Below are positions 21,981 through 32,692 of a DNA stretch of 64,000 nucleotides, piece after piece. The translations under genes and the position numbers were made by a program. The stretch's first letter is position 1. The number at the start of each line of letters is the position of its first letter. The DNA is from Rebecca billardiae RCC1528 (lineage: Eukaryota; Protista; Haptophyta). The stretch is from contig OZ251253.1 in NCBI GenBank assembly GCA_965240325.2, positions 620,001 through 684,000 on the forward strand, read 5' to 3'. The notes below the pieces were generated by a model. That model made no database searches. It saw only the letters and a list, made by a program, of their open reading frames with translations, and was not told the origin of the DNA.

Positions 21981-23934
21981 TAGGTGGGTCCCTCCCAACT
22001 GGGGCGATATTCTGGCGCACTCAGAATGACGTCCTAGATTTTGTCTCTCACCCAGAATCGACGCTATAAATGCGTCCCATCGGGGCGGAGCAAAAGTTTC
22101 GACCTCAAAACCTACTCCGCGTGCCGTCGCGCGGCCGAGCGCGCGCGCGCCGCGCCAGTAGTGTCACATAGAGATTTTGCGAAGCGTTACTTCATGGTTA
22201 TGGTGGCTAGATGGCGACATGCGATCGGAATTACTTATTGACAACCGTTGACACCCGACCGAACCATTTTATGAAGCAAAGAGTGGGGCTCTATGCTGTG
22301 CGCTGATACCTCCAACAAACTACAGCAAAATCGAGCATATTACCCACTTCATATATAGCCACTTACCCGTATATAGTATGAGTGTTACCCACTTTATATT
22401 GACCGTGGATGCGGTTCACTATATATTCAAATTCGTTCCGATATGTGGGTACGTTTGTTGGGTCATCGAATAGGCGCCGAGCGACGCGGACACGGGCAAC
22501 CCGGGCCGCAACCGGACTGCCTGCGAGTGGCGCAGTGTTTGTGGCGGGCTGCGTGCCGAGGCACACACCATCGCCCGCCACCGAGCATGCCACCGTCGTC
22601 ACACGGGAGCCCTCCGCCGTCGAGGCTGGACTATCAGCCAACGCCACCGCCGGAGCTTGCCGCGTTCGGCGGCTTCCGTGCTCGTACTCCGCGTGTCACC
22701 GGTCGTCGTATGCCCACCCGCGTGAGGCCGCCACCAGTCCATGACTACCGCAGCTGCAGCCCATGCCGCCGACGATGCCTCCTACCATCTTCTCGCCAGG
22801 CAGCAATACGATAGGTTCACCGACGCTGCTGCTAGGCTGAGAGCACTCAGCCAGTTGGCCGGCGAGACGTCAGATGGTTGAGCTGCTGGCCTAGCCATCA
22901 CGTTGCGGCTTCCGCTCGCTCAAGTACACCCAACGTGACGACGAGAATGTGCCGGGCAATCATCAGACATGCGTCTGAGGGGTCTACTACGCCTAGCCGT
23001 AGAGTTGCTGAGTACGAGTCTTCGCAGACCACAAGCGGAACGAGTGGGACCACCCAATGGCAGGAGCAACAGCGTGGGGTGGCACCCGCGCCTGTCAACG
23101 CGACCGCGTTCTGTCAAGAATGGACCCATATCCTGCGACCACCCTCGAGCACCGCATACTATGCCCACACTCGGCATAGGGAAGGATCGCTGAGCGCCTG
23201 CTGCCGCTGTCAAAGGCCCTGCTGATCTTCCTGGCGCTGGATCGTGCACACGGCTGGCAAGTCGGCGTGCTCGCCGCACATCGCGGCGGCTTCTCAGCAT
23301 CCCAAGTCCTCAGTGCACCCATCCTAGGCCTGCTGGTCGATGATTGGTACCAACCCCCACCAAACACGCCCTCTCGGAAGTCGCCAATCGCTTACATGGC
23401 TCCCCGAGAGCCCGGGGCTGGCTGTCGTGCGTTCTCACGAGCAGCTTGCGCACAGCCCAAATGTCACCTTCACGGTGCGTTGAGCTGCTCAAGATGGCGG
23501 GAGCGTCAAGAGCATGCCCGTGCACGACACTGACCCATGCCTCCCGTCGCCTGACCCGCATGTGGCAAAAACTGACCCTGCTCGAAGGCACGGGTCGAAC
23601 ACCCGCCGATCGATTCAAGTTGTCTGTACGCGTCTAGCCGGGCGAGAGTCAAACATGCGGGCACGTGCCAGGCGGGGGATGTGTGACCACGGATCCCATC
23701 CGTGAGCACGCGCAAAGCGCTGGAGCGCGCGATAGGTGTTGGCTGTGGTCTACCCGACACACGGCGGCTCGGTCGCGCTGGAGAGGCGCTCCGACATCGT
23801 CGGGAGCGTTCAGATCGGACCTCGGCCGGCGGCCCGGCGATTTTCCCGAACCGCGCCCCGCGCGAAAAGAAATCAGGCCAGAAAACCCGGTAAATGTTTT
23901 AAAGACCGCTGGAAAATCGCCAGGGACCCACCTA
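21981..23934. mobile_element. Nested about 1.95-kb degenerate TIR element (hAT-like TAGG...CCTA termini)
   Basis: Perfect 13-bp IR TAGGTGGGTCCCT (21981) / AGGGACCCACCTA (23922-23934); subterminal GGCGATWTTC motifs; broken ORFs inside; no clean 8-bp TSD. Confidence 0.65.
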
Positions 23935-24779
23935 CTGACTCACTACGTACGACGACAGGCGTCACACTGACACTATACACTCAACTACGATGCCATCTCG
24001 GCCCGACTCGGGAGCCACTCCGGTCCGTGTGCGTGACCCGCCCGGCGGTCCAGACTGAGACAGACGCCGACGGCAGGCGCGATGAACTCATGTCTCATGA
24101 ATGACGCCCCGCGCGACGCGCGGGCTTTGCTGAGACGACCGAACATATATATATCCTCATCGTCAGTATACGGCGCCACCTACAGCGGCGCCGCCGCGCC
24201 GCGCCGCGCCGCGCGATTCCACAGCCTCGGCCTGTGTGCCGCCGAGCATGGCATCAGGCGCGGCCGCTGGGCTGCGCATCCGAGCGCCCGCGCCCGCCAC
24301 GAGTGCTCAGCAGCAGCGCCGCACCGCGCCGCGCCGCCGCGCCGCGCCGCGCGATTCCACTCCTTAGCCTCGGCCGCCAATGTGCCGCGCCCACGCAGCA
24401 GACATCATGTCGGTGGCGTGAGCGCTAGACGAGTGGGACGCGCGGGCACGGCGTCGACGCTAAGCTCGCATGCACCGCCAACGCCGCCGAGCGCACATGT
24501 CAGCTCAATGCAGTGCGCCGCGGCCGAGCGCGCGTGCACAAGCGGCCGAGGCCGCGACTGCGCATGCGTGCGCACCGACGCCTCGGCAGAGGCAGCGGTG
24601 CGCGCGAGCACGCTCAGCCGGGGCCACCTCCACCATCGTCTCTACGCGTCAGTCTGCCACAGTCGACACGCGCCACCGCCACGCGCCGCGCCGCGCGCCT
24701 GCCGCCTTCGCCGAGGCCGCTGCGCGGCGGTGCGGCGGCGCGGCCGTGTTGGCCGCGCGCGGGGGCGGCCGCGCATGGG

Positions 24780-26640
24780 CGCATGGCCGCGGCATCGAGC
24801 TAACACGCGTGCTCGACGGCGGCGCGCGCGAGCGCACTCGGGCAAGGCAACCAACGACTGCCATCACCGCCGCGTGCCGCCGCCGCGCGCCGCGCGCCGC
24901 GCGCCCGCCGCCTCCGCCAAGCCGGAGGCGCGCAAACACGCGGTCGCGTTCGCTGCGCGCGGCCAGCGCGCGCTCGACCGCGGCGCGCGATATCGAGCTG
25001 ACATGCGTGCTCGATGACAGCAGCGGCGCGCGCGAGCGCACTCGGCCGATGCAATCTCCGCCATCGACTCCACGCGCGCGCGACTGCCGTCATCGCCGCG
25101 TGCCGCTGCCGCGCGCCGCGCGCCCGCCGCCCCCGGCGAGGCGGCGGCGCGGCGCGGCGCGGCGCCGCACGCGGCCGCGTCCGCGCGCCCAGCCGCGGCG
25201 CGCGACATCGAGCTGACACGCGTGCTCGGCGGCGGCGGCGGTGCACGCGAGCGCACTCGGCCGAGGCAGCCTCCGCCATCGACTCCATGCGCGCGCGGCT
25301 GCCGTTATCGCCGCGTGCCGCCGCCGCGCGCCGCGCGCCCGCCGCCCCCGGCGAGGCGGCGGCGCGGCGCCGCACGCGGCCGCGGCCGCGGCCGCGCGCC
25401 CGGCCGCGGCGCGCGGCATCGAGCCGACACGCGTGCTCGGCGGCGGCGGCGGTGCACGCGAGCGCACTCGGCCGATGCAGTCTCCGCCATCGACTCCACG
25501 CGCGCGCGACTGCCGTCATCGCCGCGCGCTGCCGCCGCGCGCCGCGCGCCCGCCACCCCCGGCGAGGCGGCGGCGCGGCGCGGCGCGGCGCCGCACGCGG
25601 CCGCGGCCGCGGCCGCGCGCCCGGCCGCGGCGCGCGGCATCGAGCTGACACGCGTGCTCGGCGGCGGCGGCGGTGCAAGCGAGCGCACTCGGCCGAGGCA
25701 GCCCCCGCCATCGACTCCACGCGCGCGCGACTGCCGTCATCGCCGCGTGCCGCCGCCACGCGCCGCGCGCCCGCCGCCCCCGGCGAGGCGGCGGCGCGGC
25801 GCGGCGCGGCGCCGCACGCGGCCGCGGCCGCGGCCGCGCGCCCGGCCGCGGCGCGCGGCATCGAGCCGACACGCGTGCTCGGCGGCGGCGGCGGTGCACG
25901 CGAGCGCACTCGGCCGATGCAGTCTCCGCCATCGACTCCACGCGCGCGCGACTGCCGTCATCGCCGCGCGCCGCCGCCGCGCGCCGCGCGCCCGCCGCTT
26001 CCGGCGAGGCGGCGGCGCGGCGCGGCGCGGCGCCGCACGCGGCCGCGGCCGCGGCCGCGCGCCCGGCCGCGGCGCGCGGCATCGAGCTGACACGCGTGCT
26101 CGGCGGCGGCGGCGGTGCAAGCGAGCGCACTCGGCCGAGGCAGCCTCCGCCATTGACTCCGTGCGCGCGCGACTGCCGTCATCGCCGAGTGCCGCCGCCG
26201 CGCGCCGCGCGCCCGCCGCCCCCGGCGAGGCGGCGCGGCGCGGCGCGGCCGCGCGGCCGCGTTGGCCGCACGCGGCCGCGGCCGCGGCCGCGCGCCCGGC
26301 CGCGGCGCGCGGCATCGAACTGACACGCGTGCTCGGCGGCGGCGGCGGTGCACGCGAGCGCACTCGGCCGAGGCAGCCTCCGCCATCGACTCCACGCGCG
26401 CGCGGCTGCCGTTATCGCCGCGTGCCGCCGCCGCGCGCCGCGCGCCCGCCGCTTCCGGCGCGGCGGCGGCGCGGCACGGCGCGGCGCCGCACGCGGCCGC
26501 GGCCGCGGCCGCGCGCCCGGCCGCGGCGCACGGCATCGAGCTGACACGCGTGCTCGGCGGCGGCGGCGGTGCACGCGAGCGCACTCGGCCGAGGCAGCCT
26601 CCGCCATCGTCTCCGCGCGCGCGCGACTGCCGTCAACGAC
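24780..26640. repeat. Tandem array of about 221-bp GC-rich units (about 8 copies, degenerate precursors from about 24180)
   Basis: Anchor ATCGAGCTGACACGCGTGCTCGGCGGCGG recurs; homologous ORF starts at 25256, 25467, 25688, 25909, 26130, 26363 and 26584 (spacing 211-233, mostly 221). Confidence 0.92.
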
Positions 26641-26699
26641 TGCCGTCAACGCCGTGCACCGCCGCCGTGTGCCGCGCGCCCACCGCCTCCACCAAGGCG

Positions 26700-27017
26700 G
26701 CTGCGCGGCTGCGCACGCTGAGCTACACGCCGCCAATCGAGTCCGCCTCGAGGTAGTGCGCCACGAGCTCCGGGTGGCTCGAGTCGAGGCTGAGGCAGGT
26801 GGCGCAGTCGTCGGGTGTCACCTTACCAAAGCAGCACGGCATAGCTCCTTGTCCGCGGCGTGGCAGTGCCCTTGTCCGCGGCCTCGACGAACGCGGCGTC
26901 ATCGTCGAGGCCGAGCTCCGCGCACGCCGTCCGGAGTTGCTCGGCCGCCGCGATCGGCGCCGTCCGTTCTGCCCTCGGCGGCGGCGAAGTGCTCGGCGTG
27001 CGTCCCCGCCCGACATG
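26700..27017 (-). pseudogene. Frameshifted BTB/POZ-BACK-like gene fragment inside the transposon
   Basis: Stitched across frames: AFVEAADK / DKELCRAALV / KVTPDDCATCLSLDSSHPELVAHYLEA, resembling LL.AADKY..LK.LC...L...N....L.LA..H....L...CL. Confidence 0.5.
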
Positions 27018-28595
27018 AAATGAATTCCGATTCGGAAACGGCGACCGTTCCGGCCAAATGAATGTCGCCTGCCGCCGGCGCCCGGCGGCAGCCAGAGCAA
27101 TCTGAAATCGGTCTGAAATCCGGCCGACGCGCGCGACTCGCCCGTCAAGTTCCGGCGGAGCTCGCGCGCGAGATGCACGCGCTGGTGCTACACCCGCTCA
27201 AGCGCTCGCCCGCGACGTCCGTCACGCGCGAGATCCCGGACAGATGCTCTCTCGACTTCAGCAGCACGGTGGCTACGCGATCCTGACCCTACCCACTGCG
27301 ACGCACGGCCTGCTGGCCGGCGCGGGTCGCGCGACGCGCCTCGGCCGCCGGAGCGACGCCGGCCAGCATTGGAAATGTCACTCAGGCGGCCGGGCGCGTG
27401 CGTGTCGACATCGAGGCGGCGAGGAGTGCGCCGCACGCGCAGTACAAGCGGCGATGGCGGGAGTACAAGCGGCGATGGCGGGGTGACGGCTGGAGCCCCG
27501 GGACGGACCAAGTCGTGGCGCCGGGGTACCTCCCGAGGACGCTCGTCGGCGCCTCTGCTCAGAGGACTTCGACGGATCCGTGCGCGGCGGGGATGCCGAT
27601 CGAGGCGCACGCCTCGCGTCTGCACGAGTGAGCTACAAGTACGTCCGTCCCGTTCCCTCTCGGGGTGGACACCGTGCGCGGCGCGGCGCGCCTCGCGCTG
27701 CGCGCGCGCGGCGGGCGGCGCGAGCCGCCGGCCACATGAGGCACCGAGCACTCTGCAGTTACTAGACGCTCAGTGACGCCCTCGGAAGCACAGCCGCAGG
27801 CACGAGGTCCGGAAGACAGGCGCGCCAGCCACGAGGGCTCCGCGGCGGCGCGACACGCGCGCCGTTCCGCCGCCGCACGGCGCACGCCGCCCTCCTGCCT
27901 GACGACTCAGACGGAGTAGTCGGACAGGTACGTCCGTTTGACGAGGCGTCGTCCGGAAGTGCGCGAATAAACGCGGCGGTTCAAGGCGAGGAAATCCGTC
28001 GAGCGGAGCTCTGGGAAATGGAGAGCGGAGCTCGGAAAATCGCGGCGGGTTTTCCGGCCTTTTTGGGCGGGCTTTCCGGTCGCCACGGGGCGTTCCGGAG
28101 TCCGCTCGCGTCGCAGCGACCTCGCAGCGGAAGGGCCTTCCGCCACGGGGCTTGGTAGAAACGGATAACGCCGGATGAGTATCAATATGGGTATTCAAGT
28201 CGGTCGCGCTTGATGAATATAGTTTAGCAGCTGACGAACCGCCGCTCGCGTAGTCGTCGAATTGTCGAACTGTCGCGTGTTTTTAACGGATCGTCTTGAA
28301 CTCATCAACGCCTCGGCCACCGTATTTGTCCTGTACTCGGTGAGTGGGTGGGTTGAGCCGTGCGGCGTGAGCGCCCTATCGCGAGCTCGCCGCTCGCGCA
28401 GTGCTTTACCCGTACCTACTGTAGCGGTAGCGGCAGACAGAGAAGAGAAGGGTCAAGGGAGGGCGCACCGGGGCGCCGCCCCCAGTAACAACGCGCGCCG
28501 CACCGAGCGCCGCTGCCCCGCCGCCCGAGGCGGGGCAGCCCGCGGAGCGACCCGCGCCGGGCTCCGAGCCGCTCCCAGCCGGCCCGCCCGCCGCG

Positions 28596-31500
28596 ATGCT
28601 CGCGCCCGCGCCGCCCGCCGCCCCGCGGCCCGAGCCGCCCGCGCGCGCGGCCAGCGAGGGCGTCGCGCGCGCCAAGCCGCTGCGCGCGCTCCAGCTCGAC
28701 GCGGCGCCGGTGATGGAGGTGACGCCGGCCGAGGCGGAGGAGGACGGCGTGGTGGAGCTCGACCCCGCCGGCGACGCCGCGCCCCACCCCGCCGCCGCCA
28801 AGCCGCGCCCCGCCGCCATGGAGCGGCGCAGCTCCGACCTGAACGACATCCAGGCGCGGCTCGGCGCCGTGCGGCGCGCGGGCCGCTCGCGGCGCTGGCT
28901 GATCCAGATCCCGTCGACGACGCTGGGCTCGGTGCTCGTGCTCAGCGGGATGGGCCTCGCCACCGCGGGCGCCGCGATCCCCGCGCCCATCCTCGAGCAG
29001 GCCGGCCTGATCGGCGTGCGGCTCGGCGCGTCCACGCTGCTCGCCGGCCTGCTGCCGACTTCGCGCCACTGGCTGCTCGGCGGCGGCGTGCTGACCGCGG
29101 CGGTGGTGGTGTGGTACGTGGGGCTCGCGCTGGACGCGGCGTCGCGCATGGCCGCGCAGCTCCCCTGCTCCGCCGCGTGCCCCAGCCACTGCACCGCCCC
29201 CGACATCGACAGCACAGGGCTGTGCGCATACGCACTCGTTCACGAGCTGATTTCTCTCGCGCGCGTCGCCGTGTGGGGCGCGGCGCTCGCGCGGCTGCTG
29301 CACGCGCTGTGCGCGGGGCTGACGGCGAACGACCTGGTCACGACGTACTGGCGCGTCGCGAGCGGCGGCCTCCTCGCCGAGGGCTGCACCCTCCTCGGCC
29401 TCAGCCTCGTCGCAGGCGGTGTGCTGCTCGCGGCGCCGCGCGCGAGCGCGCGCGCCGACGCGGCCGGCGGCGCGTTCGGCGCGCGGCTCGACGCGGCGCT
29501 CGAGGCGGTGCCGGGCGGCACGGCGCTGCTCGCGCTCTCGGCGGCGGGGATGGTGCAGGCGATCGCGCTCGGGCTGCTCCTCCAGCGCCCCGAGGTGCGC
29601 GTCACCCTGCACAAGTGGATCGCTTCCCACGGCACCGCCGTCACCACCGCCGCGGGCATAGCCTCCCTCCTCGGCGCGGAGGGCGAAGTCATCGAGCTGG
29701 CGCAGAAGACGTTCCGGATGGTCACGGCGGACCAGGTGCGGCTGGCCGACTTCCAGCCCGAGCGGGGCGGGCCGGGCGCCGCGGCGCGGCGGAGCAGCCT
29801 CACGCAGCGCTCGGTGCAGGCGCAGATCGGCGAGGTCGACGCCTTTGTCTCGCACTGTGCGCGCGCGCGCGGCCGCCCGCGCGCGAGATTGCAATCTCGC
29901 GCACCTGCGCGCGAGATCGCAGTCTCGGAGCCGCCACCTCGCGCGCGCGCGCGCGGGCGAGACCGCGCGGACCGAGCGCGGGCCGCGGGCGGCGGCGCGG
30001 GCCGCGACGCGTGGGGCACACGGCGGGGAGCCGCGCGCGACCCGCCGCGCGCTGCGTGTGCTGTGCACGCGGCATGATGTAGGCTACATGATGGCGGCGG
30101 GCGCGCGGCCAGGAGCCGGCCGCGCCGCCGCAGAGGCAGCGCCGCGGTCCACGACGGCTAACGCGCACGCCCCCCGCGCCGCGCCGCGCCGCGCCGTGCC
30201 CCGCAGCGTGGCACGACGACCCGATCGCCAAGTGGGACGCGCTGCAGGCGTGGAGGTCCGCGTTCAAGGCGCGACACAACGGGGCAGAGCCGCGGCTGTG
30301 GGTGCGCGCGGGGCGCAGGGCGCGCGCGCGCGGCGCGGCAACCGACGCGGCGCGGCGCGGCGCGGCAGCCAGCCGGAGGGGCGGCGCGCGCCGCGCGCGC
30401 GCCCGCGGCTGACTGGTCGCCGCGCCTCTGCCCGCGTGGTGCCCTCCGCCCTTGCCGCGGCCGCGCTCCCGCCGCCTCCCTCCACCCTCCCACGCCCTCC
30501 CCCCTGCGCTCCAACACACTCCGCCCTCACCACCCGCGTACCCATGTGTGCTTACTGACTGCACTGACTGCACTGACTGTACTGACTGTACTGACTGCAC
30601 TGACTGCACTGACTGCCATGGCGTCCTCGCCTGTGCGCACGCAGCTGGACAAGCTGTGCATCGACCAGAGCAACATCGAGGACACGCTCGCCTCGCTGCC
30701 CGTCTTCCTGGCGGGCTGCCAGACGCTGCTCGTCCTCGCGGGGGAGACCTACCTCGCACGCCTCTGGTGAGCGCGCACGCGCGCGCCGCGTGTGCGGTGG
30801 GGGGTGCGCGTGCGGTGCGGTGCGGTGTGGTTTGATGTGGCGTGCGCTGCCGGCTGTCCCGCCGGCTGCCCCGCGCATCCGCCGCGTGCGGCGGATGCGC
30901 GGAGGCGCGCGCGTGCGCGGCAGAGGCGCGCACGCGCGCACGCAGCCCGCGGCGCGCGCAGCCACGCCCGCCCGCGGCAGCGTCCGCGCTCACGCCCCGC
31001 GCGCCGCGCGCCCGCCCCCCCCCCCCCCCCCCCCCTCCTCCCTCGCCTCGCAGGTGCGTGATCGAGCTGTTCGTCTTCGTCGAGATGGGCGGCCAGCCGG
31101 AGCAGATCGTGCCGCTGCCCGTGGCGCCCGGCGTGACCGCGCCGCAGGGGCAGCTCAGCGCGCGCCCGTCCGCGGAGCGCGCGGGGAGCAGCCGACGCAG
31201 GCCGCGCAAGTCCGGGCTTCAGGGCTCCGTGTCCGCGGCGTTTGCCCTCGCCGCCGCGTCCGCGCGCACCGCCCCGGCCGGCGGCAGCGGCACGTGGCGC
31301 GGAGGCGGCGGGCCGGCGGGCTGCGGCGGCGAGTCGCCCTCGCCCAACTCGGCCGCCTCGGGCTCGCTCAGGCTCAGCCGGGGCTCTGCGGAGCGCGGCG
31401 GCGGCGGCGGTGGCGGCGGTGCGAACGGGGAGGGCGGCGGCAGCAGCAGCTGGGCAAAGGTGAAGCAAGCGGGCAGTCGGGCGTCCGGCGGCGGCGCGCG

Positions 31501-32692
31501 CACGCGGAGCGGCGGCGGCGGCGGCACCAGCGGCGGCGGCAGCAGCGGCGCGCGCTCAGCAAACCGGCCGCGTGCGCTCACCACGTCAGACGCGGGCGTG
31601 GCGGCGGAGGAGGCGGAGGGGCGGCGCGCGGCGCTGCAGGCGGCCGCGATGGAGAGACTGGGCATCGGCGCGCGCGCGGCCGCCGCGTCGAGCGGCCTGC
31701 TCGCGCTGCCCAGAACGGCCGACGAGGACTCGGACGAGGGTCCCGGGGAGGAGGGCCAGCAGGACTCTCAGCGGGCAGCGCTGGACGCCGAGGCCCACGA
31801 CCTCGTCTCGCCCTTCGGCTCCGAGCCGGGGAGTGCCACGGCGGGGAGCGCGAGCGGACACGCGCGCTCGTCCGGACAGCGGCGGGTGCGGCGCTCCTCG
31901 TCGCAGCCCGAGCTGCGGGCGCTCGAGCGCTCGCCCGACGGCGCGGCGGCGAACGCGCCGCCCGCGCGCCGCGTCGTCGCCTTCGGCGAGCTGCCCGCGG
32001 GCGGCGAGGTGGACGTGGCGCTCTCGATGCCCGCCTTCCTCGAGCGCGCGGCCGCGTTTGACGTGCGCGAGGCGTCGTGCACGCTCAGCCGCGACAGGGA
32101 CCGGCTGTTCGCCATCATCCAGGCGGGGTTCAAGAACCTCGACTCGTTCAACGAGATGGTGGGCACCGCGCTGCGCCGGGCGGTGGAGGTGGCGGCCGAG
32201 CGGCAGGTGGCGGCGAATCGCTTCTCGCCCGCGCGCGGCAAGGGCGGCGGCTTTGGCGGGCTCGCCGCCGTCGGCCTCCCCACTGTGCTGCCGCTGTCGC
32301 CCGCGCGCGCCGCAGCCGCGGCCGCCGCGACCGGCCAGCGATGGGGCTCGCCGCCGACCAACCCCTCGCCGGCGGCCGGCGGGCCGGGCACGCCGGGGGT
32401 GCGCGGCGCGCCCGCCGCCGCGGCCGCGCGCGGCGGGCAGCGCTCGCCCAAGCGCAGCGCGCTGCGCTCACCCGAGCGCGCAGCCGCCGCGCAGCGCTGG
32501 GCACCAAACGGCGGCGGCGGTGGCGGCGTGGCCGCCGACGCTGACGCCACGCCGGCGATGACCGTCGTGGCCGTCGACTACGAGCCCGGGGCCGAGGCCG
32601 GCGGCAGGCGCGAGCGCGTCGGCCCCGGCGGCGTCGACGACTCGCCTCACCAGCTGCGCGCCGGCGCCGGCGTCAGATGGGCGGACGACTAG
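28596..32692 (+). CDS. Multi-TM membrane protein with TIR-like domain; exons 28596-29856, 30207-30301, 30645-30766, 31054-32692
   Basis: 5-6 hydrophobic segments, then the spliced domain EVDAFVSHSWHDD..RLWLDKLCIDQ..LASLPVFLAGCQTLLVLAGETYLARLWCVIELFVF and distal FDVREASC..DRDRLFAIIQAGF..FN; three GT-AG introns in matching phase. Confidence 0.82.
30554..30616 (+). repeat. 9-bp tandem repeat (ACTGACTGY)x7 in intron 2 of the TIR-like gene
   Basis: Read directly; 63 bp. Confidence 0.95.

Larger units (their letters stand above)
20220..28155. mobile_element. About 7.9-kb putative non-autonomous TIR DNA transposon (CMC/EnSpm-like architecture), TA-flanked
   Basis: Left TA|CCAAGCCTCGTAGCG versus right CGCCACGGGGCTTGG|TA (imperfect IR, may extend a few bp outward). 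Both ends share the subterminal motif CGAGGTCGCTGCGA in inverted orientation; dense subterminal palindromes at the left end; no intact transposase. Confidence 0.6.

Noticed and set aside
24800-26760. Repeat-protein genes in the 221-bp array
   Set aside because: Unit length is not divisible by 3, so frames rotate; no credible protein features
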